Shown piece after piece: positions 1 through 9,950 of a DNA stretch of 64,000 nucleotides. The notes beneath the pieces were generated by a model, which did not search any database, was not told where the DNA came from, and saw only the letters and a list, made by a program, of their open reading frames with translations. The stretch is from Octopus vulgaris (taxonomy: Eukaryota). Within the stretch, counting starts at the first letter, position 1, and every line of letters starts with the position of its first letter. The stretch is from assembly GCA_951406725.2 (NCBI GenBank), contig OX597814.1:22506001-22570000 (forward strand), read 5' to 3'. Both the position numbers and the translations under genes were made by a program.

Positions 1-233
1 ACTTTAATTATTTTGTCTGTAGCTATCTTGCATGCGTTGCTTATTTTTTCACTTTTGTGGATCTTAGGTATACCGTAGAATTGGCTAGTTTTACTTGTGA
101 AATTGGTCATATAATCATATTCTTTGTCGGTGAGCCCTGCTTTGTATGGGTTTAATATGGATTTTAGTTCCCTCATTATTTTTTGTTGACTGTAGTTTTG
201 TGCCTTTTCATAGTATGTTGTGTCTTCCAGCAT
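1..233 (-). mobile_element. Penelope-like retroelement RT fragment (runs off window start)
   Basis: Minus-strand translation MLEDTTYYEKAQNYSQQKIMRELKSILNPYKAGLTDKEYDYMTNFTSKTSQFYGIPKIHKSEKISNACK contains the PLE RT N-terminal motif FYGxPKIHK. Confidence 0.8.
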
Positions 234-439
234 AGAGACAACGAATAAGTAAAGAAAATCTCTTTATTACAAAATACAAGCCACTTCTAAACGGGTCTAC
301 GACAAGCAATTAATATACCTCAACTTTAGAATAAAAGAAAAATATATATACACACACACATATTACACTCCATAGAATCCATTACTAATCAGCCCCTTCA
401 TAGCTATACTTACACCCATTCATATTCCCCCTTCTCTGT

Positions 440-760
440 TTTTTTCTTCTTCTTCTTCTTCCTCTTCTTCTTCATCATCATCATTATCATCATCATCGTC
501 GTCATCATCATCACCACCATCTTCTCCTTCTCCTCCTTCTTCTTCTTCTTCTTCTTCATCATCATCATTATCATCATCATCGTCGTCATCATCATCACCA
601 CCATCTTCTCCTTCTCCTCCTTCTTCTTCTTCTTCTTCTTCATCATCATCATTATCATCATCATCGTCGTCATAATCATCACCACCACCACCATCATCGT
701 CATCTTCTCCTTCTCCTTCTTCTTCTTCTTCTTCTTCCTCTACTTCTCCACCCCCACCCC
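440..760. repeat. Composite (TTC)n/(TCA)n trinucleotide repeat with ~84-bp higher-order period
   Basis: Block ...catcattatcatcatcatcgtcgtcat... recurs three times; translated period is 28 codons. Confidence 0.85.
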
Positions 761-1101
761 TTAACTTTGTCACTAATGTTTTTTAGTATAACACCTACGC
801 TAATTCTATAAACAAGCCTGTCAATATAAATATTCTCCTGAATTGAACTGAGACTGCCAGCCGCCACTGACCATTCAAAATACGACCATCAGGGCACTCC
901 CAGATTCTCCCATCCCCCTTTCCCCACCAGCCTTCTTCCTCTACTACCCTTCCAAGAACTCACAACGACCTCCGACACACAAGTGCAAACAAGGGAGTCA
1001 GAGAAAGGCAGAATGCCACTTAAATCTGAACACTACTATAGAAATATTCTTTTAAAAAAACTTTTCTTCTAATTTTTCTAAATTTAATTATTTAATCGTT
1101 A

Positions 1102-1139
1102 CAGTTGAAAAGGTCTCAAAATGACCGAAACCGGTACTG
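1102..1139 (+). ncRNA. Degenerate minimal type I hammerhead ribozyme motif
   Basis: cag-TTGAAAA-GGTC tcaaaat GACC-GAAAC CG GTA-ctg: stems I, II and III present, core CUGANGA mutated to UUGAAAA. Confidence 0.55.
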
Positions 1140-1187
1140 AAATGTTCACTATAAATTATTTTAGCATTTTCTATTTTTGACTTATTT

Positions 1188-1191
<4 letters not shown>

Positions 1192-1245
<54 letters not shown>

Positions 1246-1328
1246 GTATATATATACATATATGTATGTATGTATGTATGTAAGTATGTATGTATGTATG
1301 TATGTATGTACGTATGTATGTATGTATA
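1192..1328. repeat. (TA)n/(TATG)n microsatellite
   Basis: Direct inspection. Confidence 0.95.
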
Positions 1329-1369
1329 CGAGGATGTAGAGCAAGAAAGAGAAGATATATGTCTTGTAT

Positions 1370-1733
1370 ATATTTATTGATAAGAGAAATGAGATTACGA
1401 AGATGAAGCCTGCAACTATGTCACCAGTATATCTCAAACAATGAAACGAAGATTACCATGAGAAATTCTTTCTAAATATTGGTTTCCTGAACATTGATGA
1501 TATCATGAAAATACTTTCGCCTTCAGCATCAACTTTTCCTTCTAAGATATTTATATATCTGTCTCTGTATATGAATTTTATTTCAGATTGAATCTATTTC
1601 ACGAAAAGTACTTGCTTTCATTCATAATCAGTGACATTGCACCAAATTTCTCTACTATACTTAACGGTACGTTGTTGTTTTGTGAAATAGTCCAAATAAC
1701 CAAAAATAGATTATATGGGATTTATATTAATTA
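1370..1733 (-). repeat. Old interspersed repeat, segment 3' of the Helitron A insertion (paralog of 25926-26287)
   Basis: Reverse complement aligns to 25926-26287, e.g. aaatttggtgcaatgtca, tgaaatagattc, tcatcaatgttcaggaaacca, ttatcaataaata. Confidence 0.85.
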
Positions 1734-1745
1734 CTAGCAGCATAG

Positions 1746-1761
1746 CCCGGCGTTGCCCGGG
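1746..1761 (-). terminator. Helitron A 3' subterminal GC hairpin (rolling-circle stop signal)
   Basis: CCCGG-GCAACG-CCGGG, 12 nt from the CTAG terminus. Confidence 0.9.
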
Positions 1762-1855
1762 TATGTAAGAGCCCCTAGTAGGCAACGACTAATCCCAATG
1801 TAGTCCTTTCCCTCCAGGGAACGAAGGTGCATGTGGACGTTGCAATGTCTTGTCT

Positions 1856-4800
1856 TCACTGGAATACTTCTGTATATACGATGTTCCTAGCTGTCCGTTT
1901 GGGCGAAAACATGAAAACATCATTGCGCCTCCCAACGCGTGAACAGCCCACGTAGAGTTGACCGTGGGCGAAGCACTGTTCGCCCAAATGTAACCCAGCG
2001 ACTTGTAGCGTTTGGCCTTGGGATTTATTGATGGACATTGCGAAGCAGAGTTTAACAGGAAACTGAGAACGCCTGAAGTGGATTGGTAGGTCAGCGCCCG
2101 ACGGTTGAAGGTGCATCCGTGGAATGAAGACGTCCTCTCCCTTCCCACAACCGGTAAGTATTGTGGCCGTTATTAAATGTGGTGCCAAATGTTTCACAAC
2201 CAAACGTGTGCCGTTGCACTGTTTAGGTGGAACCAAATTCCTGATGAGCATAATGGGCGCACCGACTTTTAACTTCAGGATGTGTGGTGGCAGGCCTGGC
2301 GGTTCAAGTGAATTCAGGAATTCAACAGGATAATCGGCAAGCTGGGCGGGGTCTGCTGTCCTATCTATAGATTTGTAGACGTGGACATCACCAGGAATAG
2401 CTTCAAGTAGCTGGATATTGATGGAGTTGACGGTTGTATTTTTGGGTGCGAGAATAGCTCTGCCTGCCAGCCATTTTAGGTCGCGTAAATTGTTTTGTAG
2501 GTCGTGGAAGACAGCGTCCCGGAGGCTAGCAGGGGTATCGACAATGGTGCAAAGTGAGTCCAATTGAACGTAGCCATCCGCATCAGACAGCATCCTATTT
2601 TCACCGAGCGATAAGAGGTCCCTGGAGAATGCAGCGGATCCGCTGTCACCAATTAACTGCGCGCGCATGTTAGTTTGGAGGTGCAAGGGCCGCACATGTG
2701 CCCAAAGAGCTGACGACTTAAGGCACGCGCGCACGGCATCGGCACGGGTTCCTTTTGGAATAACAGGTAGAGTCTGTCTGAAGTCTCCTGAAAGAAGTAA
2801 AGTTAATCCTCCCATGGGGGCCGTAGAGTCTCTGATGTCTTGCAGGGACCTGTCCAGTGCCTCAAGGGCGCCTTTGTGTGCCATAGTGCACTCGTCCCAT
2901 ACGATGAGTTTGCATCTGCGCAGAATGTCGGCCTGTTCTGAGTTCTTGGCGATGTTGCAGATAGGTGACTCGGACTTTGCCAGATCGAGCGGGAGTCTGA
3001 AGGCAGAGTGGGCGGTTCTGCCACCCGGAAGCAACGTGGCCGCGATACCAGAGGAAGCTACAGCCAGGGCAATGTCCGTGTTGCGTCTGACCTCTGCCAG
3101 AATTAGTTTAGTGACGAAGGTTTTGCCAGTGCCGCCGGGTGCATCAAGGAAGAAAATCCCCCCACGTTGCTGTCTGACAGAGTCTACGATGGTGTTGTAG
3201 GCTATGCGCTGGTCTGGAATCAGCCGTGGTTCATTATCTTGGACGTACTGGTGCAGTTCCTCAATGCAGTAGGAAGTTTCGCGTAACAATTCAGCAGACA
3301 TAACATTGGCGTGTTCACGTGTGGGTGGTGGAAGGCCGTACTCTGTTAAAGCAGACCCACCCATATCGATGACAGCGTCTTCGAGTTGAATGAGCGCAAA
3401 ATTGTAAATGAAGTTGGTGAACGTGATCTCGGCGGAAGGGCAGTGTTGCTGAGCCGTACGTAAGAAGTCGTGCGACATGTCATCCCTGTATTTCATCCAG
3501 AGACTTAGTGGATCACTAAGCTGACATTTTTGAAGAAGGATTGCGAAAAGATGTCGTAGGGCCGAATGCGTTTGCAGTAAAGCACCCTCTGCCATCGTGG
3601 CGTCCCACTGGGAGTCATCCTCTAGAAGGCCAAGTCTCATACATGCTTCCCTGAAGGTGTCGCACAGAACCCCATTGACGGTACGTATATTGGCGAAACC
3701 TGTTGGACCAGTGACCTCATGTAGAAGGAGACGGAGGTAGAAGCATTCTTGCTGGTTTGGCGGGATGTTGTAAACTCGACCCAGGCAGGAGTCAAACTTG
3801 ACGCCTGGGAAGCTTTCGACGTTTTTGCCGGATTTCCGTCGGACCCAGGTGTTTTTAGACCACACGAAGTACGATGGGACCTGTGGGTACAAAAGCGTTC
3901 GAGCGAAGTCATCACGTTGGCATAATTTGAAGAAACCAGTCAACGTTGTGTCTTTAGGGCTGGTGGCTATGTGCACAGCACTTTGCTCTGTGAAGTAAAT
4001 CCGCTGTCCATTTTCCAAGTGTACAGCAAGCTGCACCACAGCCGGGTGTCTCTGATGGAGCGGGAAGCCGTAAATGCGCCAAAACGCTTCGTTGCTGCTG
4101 AGGTACCGGCCAGCCAAGTAGTTGGACACTTCGTCGCGACTGGTAGTCCTCTGGATGCTGAACATGGCAGCATCGCTGCCTTTGTTGATATATTTGCAGA
4201 CATATTGTATTGACCTGATGGAGCTGCAGAACTCAACGTTGACGTGGGCTTTGAATATCTTCGACAGGAGAGGACAGTAGGGGACAATGTAGCTGTTGTC
4301 CACTTGATGTCGCCCAACCGTAATCGTGCGGCCTCCATTGGCTGGACTCCTTCGTTTGTACAGCGGATACCCATCGCCGCCTGTTTGAGTCTCCAAAGTG
4401 AACCGTTTAGGGAATCCCTTTGAGCAGGCTAATCCGTTTTTGTAGCATGGTGTGTTGGCGTAATTTGGTCCACAGGGCCCGTGTACCATGGTAGTGCGGA
4501 CAATTTCGTAGAGTCCGGGGTCCTCATCGGGGTCAGGAATCTCGGCGGAAATGAATTTGTCAATGTCATTAGTCTCGATTTTATGAGTGAGCCAAATTAA
4601 GATGTGAGCATGTGGCAAGCCCCTCTTTTGCCACTCGACCGAAAACATGTGGCACCTGACATGCCCGAAAATCTGACCCTTAACTATCAAATCCTTCATT
4701 TTGCCCAAATTCAGACGGAAAACCCTAGCAACGATATCGTGTCGATGGGTGTGAGATTGACCCGGGAGGAGTTCGCGAGTGATTTCGTCGCAGCTGGGAT

Positions 4801-5506
4801 TGCACGTGTAGGTGATAAAGAGGTCCGGCCGGCCGTAAATGCGCACGTAGGTCAAGGCGTCTTGGGTCCTTTCACGCATATATCGCGGTCCTCCCGTGAA
4901 GGTGGAGGGTAGAATGCATGGCTTGCCGATGTTGCGAGGGTCATTTTCTTGTTGCAAACCGTCACGGAGATGAATGTAGGAGTCGGAGCGAAGTTTGGTC
5001 TGATTAAGTTTAATGTATAGCAGCCTTTCCGATTCCATTTTTGCGGCCATGTCAACGGCGAACTGGTTGAATAGCTGACGACAACGGGGCAATAAGTTGA
5101 ACTCACCCTCCCTGACCATGAACCGGTATGAGTAGAACGCCCTGCAGGAAACCGTCTTTGATGCCGCAGTAGTTTGATTGGAGGGCTGCCGTAAAGGAAT
5201 TCCGAAGTGGTAGCCGTCTTCCCCATAAGGGAAAAGCAATGGATACTGAAGCGCGTCATAAGATCTGTGAGTCTCGCTGATCCTGTGTAGGTTGTTACCA
5301 CGGGAGGAGATGATTATGTCACGGCTGTTGTGTTGCTCTCCGTGTATGACTGCGGCAATTTCGTTGCACGCAGGTGCGTTGAAACGGCGTTCGTGCTCCC
5401 CGTGGGGTCGTTTATCAGCATCAATGACAACGGTGAAGTTTGGAGATGGAGCACTGTCCAAGGCATATCTGAAGCTGCAGACGTAGCTGTTGATATCATG
5501 AAGCAT
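1856..5506 (-). CDS. Helitron RepHel ORF2: HUH-Y2 Rep endonuclease plus PIF1-family SF1 helicase (1216 aa, intact)
   Basis: Rep motifs PDLFITYTCNP, VEWQKRGLPHAHILIW, YVCKYINKG; helicase motifs FLDAPGGTGKT, IVWDECTM, SGDFRQTLPV, LQTNMRA, AILAPKN, AMSINKSQGQTL, FAHGQLYVGCSRV. Confidence 0.96.
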   Translation of the reverse strand: MLHDINSYVCSFRYALDSAPSPNFTVVIDADKRPHGEHERRFNAPACNEIAAVIHGEQHNSRDIIISSRGNNLHRISETHRSYDALQYPLLFPYGEDGYHFGIPLRQPSNQTTAASKTVSCRAFYSYRFMVREGEFNLLPRCRQLFNQFAVDMAAKMESERLLYIKLNQTKLRSDSYIHLRDGLQQENDPRNIGKPCILPSTFTGGPRYMRERTQDALTYVRIYGRPDLFITYTCNPSCDEITRELLPGQSHTHRHDIVARVFRLNLGKMKDLIVKGQIFGHVRCHMFSVEWQKRGLPHAHILIWLTHKIETNDIDKFISAEIPDPDEDPGLYEIVRTTMVHGPCGPNYANTPCYKNGLACSKGFPKRFTLETQTGGDGYPLYKRRSPANGGRTITVGRHQVDNSYIVPYCPLLSKIFKAHVNVEFCSSIRSIQYVCKYINKGSDAAMFSIQRTTSRDEVSNYLAGRYLSSNEAFWRIYGFPLHQRHPAVVQLAVHLENGQRIYFTEQSAVHIATSPKDTTLTGFFKLCQRDDFARTLLYPQVPSYFVWSKNTWVRRKSGKNVESFPGVKFDSCLGRVYNIPPNQQECFYLRLLLHEVTGPTGFANIRTVNGVLCDTFREACMRLGLLEDDSQWDATMAEGALLQTHSALRHLFAILLQKCQLSDPLSLWMKYRDDMSHDFLRTAQQHCPSAEITFTNFIYNFALIQLEDAVIDMGGSALTEYGLPPPTREHANVMSAELLRETSYCIEELHQYVQDNEPRLIPDQRIAYNTIVDSVRQQRGGIFFLDAPGGTGKTFVTKLILAEVRRNTDIALAVASSGIAATLLPGGRTAHSAFRLPLDLAKSESPICNIAKNSEQADILRRCKLIVWDECTMAHKGALEALDRSLQDIRDSTAPMGGLTLLLSGDFRQTLPVIPKGTRADAVRACLKSSALWAHVRPLHLQTNMRAQLIGDSGSAAFSRDLLSLGENRMLSDADGYVQLDSLCTIVDTPASLRDAVFHDLQNNLRDLKWLAGRAILAPKNTTVNSINIQLLEAIPGDVHVYKSIDRTADPAQLADYPVEFLNSLEPPGLPPHILKLKVGAPIMLIRNLVPPKQCNGTRLVVKHLAPHLITATILTGCGKGEDVFIPRMHLQPSGADLPIHFRRSQFPVKLCFAMSINKSQGQTLQVAGLHLGEQCFAHGQLYVGCSRVGRRNDVFMFSPKRTARNIVYTEVFQ

Positions 5507-6726
5507 GGTTTGGAGACGGAGAAGAACGTCTTTGGGGGAACATAGCTTGTACCCGGTATTATTCCAAGGCGTGCATCAACCTGGTGGTTGTAGTCGGCAA
5601 TGAAGTATATTTGGAGGAAAGAAGACTGCTGAATCTCGTCTGGCAGAAGTGACCCAATAAGATGGTAGACCTGTCCCTGCACTTTGAAAGTAGGCATCCA
5701 GCCTTCTCTGGGAGGAATTTTGGCCCCGAAAGAGGTCATTTGGAATGAGCAGTTGTACTTTCGAATTATTTCAAGGAATTGTGACGAATCGGGGGTTAAA
5801 CCCGCCGCGAGATCCTTCAGTGGTTGAGGTGGTTCCCGTAGGGGTGGCAGGTCCACTTTGCCACCAGAGCAGCACAAACCAGGTGGCTCTCCGGGCCATT
5901 TCTTGGCTTTGCAAAACTGGCATACAATTGTCATTGACCCTATCTTGATGTCGTCACGCAAGGAGAAGTTAATTGTGGCGTCGTAGTTGAATGCTAGTGA
6001 CAACCAGAAAGCGGGGGCAGGGGTACGTACACCACGAATGATATCCCGACGTTTGTTGATACTCTCAAGTCGAGTGCACCGTGCCTCAGCAGATTCAGAT
6101 GCACGTGCGACAGCGGTAGCAGTGGCATCCCTTGAAAGCCTTTCAGCTCTCGCCTCAGCACCCTCTGAAGCCCTAGCAGAAGCAGTGTTAATGGCATGTC
6201 TGGATGTCCGAATAGTCCGTTGGTGTGGAGTTTCGGCAGATCGAGCCCTGGCTGTGTTTGCGGCGTTAGCAGCTTGGCGAGCTCTCCTCTGTTGAGGTGT
6301 TTCGGCAGCTTTGGCCATGGCTTTGTTTGCGGCGTCAGCATCTTGGCGAGTTCTCCTCTGCTGTGAGGTTTCGACAGATCGTGTCCTGGCGGTGCTAGTG
6401 GCGTTAGCCGCATTCCGAATGGCCCTTTGTTCGGGGTTCTCGCGAGCTCTGCGGATGGAAGCACAGTAAGAAGACCGCATGTTTTGGCTGGACTGTTGCT
6501 CTTTCGTCAACCTCGAGCGGAGGGAAGATCTGTACGCTGCGACCCTTGCAAGTCGGGTAGAACGGTCGCTAGTAGTTTCAGATGCCTGAGCAGCGGCATA
6601 ACGGGAAGCTGTTTGCGAGAGGCGCAAGGCGGTTTCCTCGTGGGTCTCGCGTGCCCTTCTAGCCCTAGCAGCCGATGCCTTGGCCGTCCGAGGGCTGAGG
6701 AGGGTCCTTCTCTTCTTGGGTGGCAT
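5314..6726 (-). CDS. Helitron ORF1: NLS, nine 23-aa STPR-like repeats and Cys-rich Helitron N-terminal domain (470 aa from ATG)
   Basis: ATG in caaaATG context at 6726; MPPKKRR; ETxEQRxxR repeats; CQFCKAKKWPGEPPGLCCSGGKV, YNCSFQMTSFGA, PTFKVQGQVYHLIGSLLP and FLQIYF are typical RepHel N-terminal blocks. Confidence 0.88.
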   Translation of the reverse strand: MPPKKRRTLLSPRTAKASAARARRARETHEETALRLSQTASRYAAAQASETTSDRSTRLARVAAYRSSLRSRLTKEQQSSQNMRSSYCASIRRARENPEQRAIRNAANATSTARTRSVETSQQRRTRQDADAANKAMAKAAETPQQRRARQAANAANTARARSAETPHQRTIRTSRHAINTASARASEGAEARAERLSRDATATAVARASESAEARCTRLESINKRRDIIRGVRTPAPAFWLSLAFNYDATINFSLRDDIKIGSMTIVCQFCKAKKWPGEPPGLCCSGGKVDLPPLREPPQPLKDLAAGLTPDSSQFLEIIRKYNCSFQMTSFGAKIPPREGWMPTFKVQGQVYHLIGSLLPDEIQQSSFLQIYFIADYNHQVDARLGIIPGTSYVPPKTFFSVSKPCFMISTATSAASDMPWTVLHLQTSPLSLMLINDPTGSTNAVSTHLRATKLPQSYTESNTTAVT

Positions 6727-6848
6727 TTTGGTGGATAGCAATGTGTTTGGCAAAGGTGTAATAAAAAGGAACACGTGGGGTAAGTATTTTGGTGGATAGT
6801 AATGTGTTTGGTAAAGGTGTAATAAAAAGGAGCTCGTGGGGTAAGTAT
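6727..6848 (-). repeat. 2 x 61-bp tandem repeat immediately upstream of the ORF1 ATG (copy A)
   Basis: Mirror of 15354-15475. Confidence 0.9.
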
Positions 6849-7877
6849 CCGAAAATGTATAAAAAGTACAAAAACGGCCAAAAAGCTGGCAGCAATGTGA
6901 GTGACAACAACAAAAAAGTCAAAAGTGATCAAACTGAACAAACGAAAGGAAAAGTTTTTTGATGCACACGACAAAAGTGGTTTATAATAAACCAAGAGTT
7001 TGCAAGTAGCGTCCGAGGACCGTTAGGGTACGTCAAAAATTGAAGGTAAAACGTTTGGGGTGGTAGTTATAAAGAAAGTTTAAACCAAAAGAGTATTCGA
7101 ATAACTTGTGGCTGCAGCAGCTATTAGCAGAAGTGGCGGTGTTGGGGGTAAAGTCTCGAATGTAATTTCTTCCTGGTAGGAATTGGTTGGATCGAATTAT
7201 CGATAGCTAAAAAGGTCAAGTTGCGTCCCCTAGACAGTCTTGTTTGTGTTTAATACACAAATTTGTTTGCTATGTGTGCCACGTATGATTAAATTAACCG
7301 ATTTTTTCCAATAATGTATCCTATTGGAATAAAAAGGGCTATATAGCTCCTTGGAGCAGACATGATGCTCGTTGTGAAAAAAAAAAAGATTCCTGCCAAT
7401 TTGTGAAAGATATTGTCGAAAATATGTCATCTTGAATTTGAACGCGATTTCCCAAAATGGCATGATTTTATCGATTGTTTCTGATGGTAAGGTATTGCAT
7501 GGAAAACTAACGTCAGAATTGAGTTTCTTAGGGTAACATTAAGCTTCACCATGAGTTTGGTGAAAATCGATTGCAAGTTGTGAAAACTACCATAGATAAT
7601 GCGTTGCATAAAAAAAGCTTAGATTCTCGAGTTGCGTCCCCTAGACAGTCTGTGGTTCATGTTTATGATTCTCGACCCCATGTCGAATTTATCAATTTTT
7701 TTCAGAACTGGGGGAACTTTTCAAAATTTTCGCTGCGTTAGTTTTGAATTATGACATTGGGCTATGTGTGTGTCAAGTTTCATCAGAATCGGTTGAAAGC
7801 CGTGGTCAGGGTGAGGGTACGAGAAAACAGACACACAGAAGCACGCACAGACAAACTGCCGTTTATATATAGAGAGA

Positions 7878-8070
7878 TATTGATTTATCGAGTTAAAATG
7901 TCACAGAGTGCCAAACTGAAATTTTAAAAAGAAAACATGAAAATATGAATGATTATTACTTTGGGTTGAAATATTCATTTTTAGGTTTTTATATTAGTGA
8001 ACAACATGTGAATTTCTAACTGTTATCATTTCAAAATCGAGTTAGGAATCATTCTTTTTCATAAGGAGGA
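7878..8070 (-). repeat. Old interspersed repeat, segment 5' of the Helitron A insertion (paralog of 25733-25925)
   Basis: Reverse complement ...gaaattcacat...ccaaagtaat...attttaactcgataaatcaata matches 25733-25925. Confidence 0.85.
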
Positions 8071-8417
8071 TGGCGTCAGAGTTGAACATAACAGTTCATA
8101 TGGCATAGCAATCTTTCAGTATATAAGCAATACTGTGGTTTGATATGGTTTCAGATATATTCTTAAAATGATATTTTTCAAAGCATCTGCCTTTCCATTC
8201 ATCTATATGTCCAATTGCGTAACTATCTGCCTATCCTGTTGTGTTTATATACACACACGCATATAGAAGGATAACAATATATATAATCTATGTAGTGGAT
8301 ATATAAACAGGTCAAATTTCGATTACTTCTCCTTAGTTTAAAAAACGTGATGAATAGCCTCAAATGGTGTAGAGTTGTCTACACCAACAGGACCAATCTA
8401 AAATAATGCCAATTTTT

Positions 8418-8471
8418 ATATATATATATATATACATACACTAACACACAGACATACGCACACACACACGC

Positions 8472-8516
<45 letters not shown>

Positions 8517-8552
8517 TATATACACACATACATACATACATACATACATACA

Positions 8553-8610
<58 letters not shown>

Positions 8611-8615
8611 TATAT
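8418..8615. repeat. (TA)n/(CA)n/(TACA)n microsatellite cluster
   Basis: Direct inspection. Confidence 0.95.
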
Positions 8616-8831
8616 GTTAAATTTCTAAATATCTCAGAGAGATATAAGCAGTGGTGGAACGATAGAGCAGTTGTATACTTTCAACTTAACGTGACAGTCC
8701 CATAAACGGAATCACACCACCGCTATTTAGCCCTAGGAAGCATCAACGCTTCCCGTTGGCTTTGACACATTTCCTGTGTCCTTATATTTACAAAGAGGAG
8801 ACAAACATCCTCAACAGCTAGGCCTGCTCCC

Positions 8832-8867
8832 AGAGACATGTTTCTGAGTCTTGCTCGTCATCAGTCT
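8832..8867 (-). ncRNA. Minimal type I hammerhead ribozyme motif with intact core
   Basis: aga-CTGATGA-cGAG caaga CTCa-GAAAC AT GTC-tct; palindromic stem III ACATGT, GUC cleavage triplet. Confidence 0.7.
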
Positions 8868-8981
8868 CGAGTAGCAACGGCCTGCTAGCTGAAGGTACTT
8901 GTCTAGGCTTTGTAAACATATATATCTTCAGTGAAGTATATTCACTTCAGACTCTGCTTTTTCTCGTTTCTCTCTACTATG

Positions 8982-9075
8982 GCGCTCTTAACCACTACGC
9001 CATATGCCCGTGGGCCGATGGCGTAGTGGTTAAGAGCGCAGGCTACTATCCCCCAAGATTCCGAGTTCAATTCCA
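8982..9075 (+). mobile_element. tRNA-like Pol III head preceded by its own inverted copy
   Basis: A-box TGGCGTAGTGG (9019-9029), B-box GAGTTCAATTCC (9063-9074); 8982-9003 is the exact reverse complement of 9018-9039. Confidence 0.65.
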
Positions 9076-9083
9076 GACAGTGA

Positions 9084-9190
<107 letters not shown>

Positions 9191-9235
9191 ATATCGAAAA
9201 ACACCGTAGGAATGAGAACCCAGGTTCGAAATTTC

Positions 9236-9278
9236 CTGATGAAGGCTGGAGGGTATATCAGCCGAAACATTGTGTTAA
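9236..9278 (+). ncRNA. Hammerhead-like motif
   Basis: CTGATGA-a-GGCTG gagggtatat CAGCC-GAAAC a ttg t GTT; stem I poorly defined. Confidence 0.5.
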
Positions 9279-9340
9279 CAACAAAAAAGGTGAGGACAAA
9301 TACTCGACAAATGCAAATAATATAAATAATGTCAAATATA

Positions 9341-9950
9341 GGCGCAGGAGTCGCTGTGTGGTAAGTAGCTGGCAGAAACGCTAGCACACCGAGCTAAAAT
9401 TTGTCTGCCGCTACGTTCTGAGTTCAAATTCCACCGAGGTCGTCTTTGCCTTTCATCGATAAATTAAGTAGCAGTTATGCACTGGGGTCGATGTAATCGA
9501 CTTAATCCCTTTGTCTGTCCCCTCTATGTTTAGCCACTTGTAGGCAATAAATTAAAAAAAAAATTAAAATATAAGATAAAATGTAGCTTGCTTACCGACC
9601 ACATGGTTCCGGCTTCCGTCCCACTGCGTGGCACCTTGGGCAAGTGTCTTCTACTATAGCCTCGGGCCGACCAAAGCCTTGTGAGTGGATTTGGTCGACG
9701 GAAACTGAAAGAAGCCCCTTGTATATATGAGTATATATATATATATATATGCTTGTATGTCTGTATGTGTCCCCCCAACATCGCTTGACAACCGATTCTG
9801 GTGTTTTTACATCCCCGTAATTAAGCGTTCGGCAAAAGAGACCGATAGAATAAGTACTAGGCTTACATAGAATAAGTCCCAGGGTCGATTTGTTCGACTC
9901 AAGGCGGTGCTCCAGCATGGTCACAGTCAAATGACTGAACAAATAATAGA
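9341..9950 (+). mobile_element. tRNA-derived SINE family A (Octopus-type), interrupted by a family B SINE
   Basis: Head ggcgcaggagtcgctgtgtggtaagtagct...cccactgcgtggcaccttgggcaagtgtc, tail ...ggcggtgctccagcatggtcacagtcaaatgactgaa; homologous to 24275-24670, 33297-33632 and 55712-56090. Confidence 0.85.
9371..9582 (+). mobile_element. tRNA-derived SINE family B nested in SINE A
   Basis: gttctgagttcaaattcc...gcactggggtcgatgtaatcgac...A-rich tail; flanked by GTAGCT repeats (9365-9370, 9583-9588); homologous to 60511-60742. Confidence 0.8.

Larger units (their letters stand above)
236..1170 (+). mobile_element. Penelope-like element 3' end/pseudo-LTR, inverted relative to the RT fragment
   Basis: 236-313 translates RQRISKENLFITKYKPLLNGSTTSN*, resembling the C-terminus of PLE GIY-YIG endonucleases (E..FI...P.LN); followed by a microsatellite-bearing UTR and a hammerhead-like motif at 1102-1139; end coordinate approximate. 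Confidence 0.6.
1734..7877 (-). mobile_element. Helitron copy A (full length, 6144 bp)
   Basis: Minus-strand 5' end A|TCTCTCTATATATAAACGG at 7877; 3' end CCCGGGCAACGCCGGG hairpin (1746-1761) then CTATGCTGCTAG|T at 1734; no TSD; encodes Rep and PIF1 helicase. Confidence 0.97.

Noticed and set aside
410-773. Poly-D/E and poly-M/K ORFs
   Set aside because: Translations of trinucleotide microsatellite; no domain or splice evidence
1789-6995. Many short overlapping or antisense ORFs inside the Helitrons
   Set aside because: Shadow frames of a GC-rich CDS with no recognisable motifs
7230-7609. Small ORFs in the Helitron 5' region as a captured gene
   Set aside because: No recognisable homology, and the frames differ between copies because of the homopolymer indels
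9018-9075. Functional tRNA gene
   Set aside because: A and B boxes present but I cannot build an acceptor stem or full cloverleaf; context is a repeat
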